Source of the DNA: an uncultured Gammaproteobacteria bacterium
GTDB lineage: Bacteria; Patescibacteriota; Microgenomatia; JALYQM01
Assembly: GCA_964535655.1 (NCBI GenBank)
Contig: CAZHTP010000001.1
Location: 250,862-314,861, forward strand
Direction: 5' to 3'
DNA length: 64,000 nucleotides
In this document: one piece after another, positions 61,791 to 64,000 of the stretch
How the letters are laid out: each line of letters starts with the position of its first letter
How positions within the stretch are numbered: the first letter of the stretch is position 1
Translations under genes and position numbers: made by a program
The notes under the pieces: generated by a model
Databases searched by the model: none
The model's input: the letters and a program-made list of their open reading frames with translations, nothing else
Told to the model about the DNA's origin: nothing

Positions 61791-63080
61791 TTATAAATCA
61801 CTCGGCAACGGAAATTTTTTGCAAAACTCCGTTACTTCCTTTCCTAGTTTTTCTAAATATGCTTCATCAGTTGTGTGTGTTATGGCTTTATGCATCCATT
61901 CGGCAATCATATCCATATGGTCCTCTTTCATGCCTCTTGAAGTAAGCGCGGGGGTTCCTAGTCTGATTCCACTTGGATCAAAAGGCTTTCGAGAATCATT
62001 GGGAACCATATTTTTGTTTAAGGTAAGGTGAATTTTGTCGAATGTTTCTTCGGCAACTTTACCACTGACATTAAACGAAGCCATTACATCAGCAAGTATC
62101 AAATGGTTGTCTGTTCCATTGGTAATTAATTTAAAACCCTTAGCAATCATTTGTTTTGCTAGTTCTTGAGCATTATTCAGGATTTGTTGCGCATATTCAT
62201 GGAATTCAGGTTGGAGTGCTTCGCCAAAAGCAACTGCTTTTGCGGCTACCGCATTCATATGTGGCCCTCCCTGAACGCCCGGGAATACCATCCGATCAAC
62301 GAGTGTAGGAAGATTTTCGATTTTTTTATCCACTGGTTTTAGTGGGTTGGAAACAATTCCCTTTGTAAGAATCAGACCACCTCTTGGTCCCCGTAATGTT
62401 TTATGGGTTGTTGAAGTCATCATATGGAAGCCAAAGTCAAATGGATTCTTGACAACTTTTCCTGCAATTAACCCAGCTATATGGGCTATGTCCATCATTG
62501 CTACCGCTCCTACTTCGTCCGCGATGGACGCAATTTTGTCGTATTCAAGTTCGCGCGGATATGCTGAATAGCCAGCTAAAATTATTTTAGGTTTGCTCTC
62601 TAAAGCCACTTCGCGCATTTGATCGTAATCAATAGCGCCGGTCTCGAGATCTTTAATTCCATAGCGAATAAATTTGAATACTTTAGATGCTGCAGTTCTT
62701 GGGTCTCCATGCGTTAAATGCCCACCGTGAGATAATTCCATTCCAAGAATTGTATCTCCTGGTTCCATCCATGCAAAATATGCTGCTAAATTAGCAGGAG
62801 CTCCAGAATATGGTTGTACATTAGCGTGATCTGCATTAAAAAGCTTTTTTGCTCGCTCTATGGCTATGATTTCGATTTTGTCAGTATTGATTTGACCGCC
62901 ATAATATCTTTTCCCTGGATACCCTTCGGAGTATTTATTAGTAAATATCGTTCCGAGTGCCTCAAGGACTGGTCGTGAGACGTAGTTTTCTGAAGGAATT
63001 AATTCTAATCCTTCTCGTTGTCTTTTTTCTTCAGCGCTATTTAGTTCAAAAATTTCTGGATCTGTTTGTTGTAATCTCAT
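61791..63080 (-). CDS. glyA: Serine hydroxymethyltransferase.
   Basis: LELIPSENYVSRPVLEALGTIFTNKYSEGYPGKRYYGG, and the PLP lysine region TTHKTLRGPRGG. ORF extends to 63095; the start MRLQQTDPE is likely. Confidence 0.9.
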   Translation of the reverse strand: MRLQQTDPEIFELNSAEEKRQREGLELIPSENYVSRPVLEALGTIFTNKYSEGYPGKRYYGGQINTDKIEIIAIERAKKLFNADHANVQPYSGAPANLAAYFAWMEPGDTILGMELSHGGHLTHGDPRTAASKVFKFIRYGIKDLETGAIDYDQMREVALESKPKIILAGYSAYPRELEYDKIASIADEVGAVAMMDIAHIAGLIAGKVVKNPFDFGFHMMTSTTHKTLRGPRGGLILTKGIVSNPLKPVDKKIENLPTLVDRMVFPGVQGGPHMNAVAAKAVAFGEALQPEFHEYAQQILNNAQELAKQMIAKGFKLITNGTDNHLILADVMASFNVSGKVAEETFDKIHLTLNKNMVPNDSRKPFDPSGIRLGTPALTSRGMKEDHMDMIAEWMHKAITHTTDEAYLEKLGKEVTEFCKKFPLPSDL

Positions 63081-63202
63081 GAATTTTCCTTTCACTTTTT
63101 GTAAGTATATTAAAAAATATGGTGAAAGGTGCTTGTTAGATCATAAATCTATGGTATCGCATATGGCTGAATTCGCAAGATGGAAAACTAAGAATTACTT
63201 TC

Positions 63203-63925
63203 TTATTGAGTTGATCTAACTGGCGAACTAGTTGGATAAGCCGAGACACTCGCAGAAGCTGATGAACTTGCTTTAGGTGTGTGAGATACGAGTAGTGGTT
63301 GGGAAAAATCTTTAACCAGAACCACTTCAGTTACCGCATTTTTTGAACTATCCCACAGTCCATGCACTCTAACTCTATCCCCTATTTTCAAATCTGAAGC
63401 CGAAATAGGTGTCTGTTTGCGATTAACTAATTTTGTCGTAGCGGTTATACTAACGGTTTGATCTCCTCGATTTTTTGTAGTTAATACGAAAGTACCTGTT
63501 CCAAGGCCTTTTAATGTTCCAAAGAAAACACCGTTTCTTTTTTGAATGGATAAATTACGAATTTGTCTTGCACTAATCGTAGTCTTGTTGGCATCTGTAA
63601 ATACGCCCCAAACACTTACGGTATTGCCGACTGAGTATTCAATTAAATCTGATTTGCCGCCAAATCTGCGACGAATATGAGTATCTGTCGCAATTTTGAC
63701 TGCATATGTTTTTCCATCTTTGGAAATTGTAAGTGAAGATGCGCTTACCGTCTCTACTTTTGCTTGTATTACGATCGCACGCAAGTTATTTTGTGTACGT
63801 GGTGAAGCACTCGAGCTTGCACTTGAGGGAGCTTCACGATTTTCAGCAGAAACTGAATTTGTTGTCATTGCAACAAATGTGATTGCGCTTAGAAATAAAG
63901 CTGTAAATTGTATTGTTCTTTTCAT
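63203..63925 (-). CDS. Hypothetical secreted protein (signal peptide, Ser-rich linker).
   Basis: MKRTIQFTALFLSAITFVAMTTNSVSA|ENREAPSSASSSAS...; no catalytic motif. Confidence 0.4.
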   Translation of the reverse strand: MKRTIQFTALFLSAITFVAMTTNSVSAENREAPSSASSSASPRTQNNLRAIVIQAKVETVSASSLTISKDGKTYAVKIATDTHIRRRFGGKSDLIEYSVGNTVSVWGVFTDANKTTISARQIRNLSIQKRNGVFFGTLKGLGTGTFVLTTKNRGDQTVSITATTKLVNRKQTPISASDLKIGDRVRVHGLWDSSKNAVTEVVLVKDFSQPLLVSHTPKASSSASASVSAYPTSSPVRSTQ

Positions 63926-64000
63926 AAAAATCTCCTTATTGGGCATCGTAGGTAACGGTTAATTCCTCTTCAGATGCATTTCCGTTTGTATCGTTTGCTG

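Overview
This is a low-GC (~36-38% by eye) bacterial chromosomal segment that is densely coded and reads in the standard genetic code: long ORFs end in TAA/TAG/TGA, and release factor RF1 is present. The gene content and the many lineage-specific insertions in housekeeping proteins look like a small-genome, possibly CPR/Patescibacteria-like organism, but that is inference. Contents from left to right:

- **1-11.2 kb:** a complete one-strand type IV pilus locus (pilB-pilT-pilC-pilA-pilD, five minor pilins/pseudopilins, a PilX-like gene and pilM).
- **11.2-18.3 kb:** holB-gyrB-gyrA, then an orphan pilin-like gene and a XerC/D recombinase.
- **18.8-22.2 kb:** a block of four uncharacterized genes (membrane protein, TPR protein, hypothetical, LytR_C-domain protein).
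- **22.3-28.6 kb:** pgi, an XRE/receiver/DUF192 trio and a GldA/GldF/GldG-like ABC module with a DUF4340-like gene.
- **28.7-37.6 kb:** rpmE-prfA, htrA, an rpsF-ssb-rpsR ... rplI operon interrupted by ctpA and two unknown genes, and ychF.
- **37.5-44.9 kb:** a 5'-truncated, frameshifted large serine recombinase remnant followed by a sugar-modification cluster (NTP-transferase, Gfo/Idh/MocA oxidoreductase, class II aldolase, GT4, hexapeptide acyltransferase, MurA-like enolpyruvyl transferase).
- **44.9-45.8 kb:** a ~950-bp gene-poor region with a near-consensus promoter, a small SD-led hydrophobic ORF and possible RNA structure.
- **45.8-58.2 kb:** a DEAD-box helicase, then a surface-glycosylation region: a 1005-aa polytopic membrane protein with a VIT/vWA-like ectodomain, an EVE-domain protein, a YfhO-like GT-C protein, GT4, carbamoyltransferase, Dpm1-like GT2, and an HddA-like kinase with its NTP-transferase.
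- **58.2-64.0 kb:** folD, tgt (with an internal insertion), RNHCP and DUF4349 proteins, glyA and a secreted hypothetical.

I found no rRNA, tRNA or CRISPR array. The most interesting candidates are the VIT/vWA polytopic membrane protein with the YfhO/GT2 glycosylation module, the recombinase-relic-bounded sugar island with a MurA-like gene, and the large non-coding gap.
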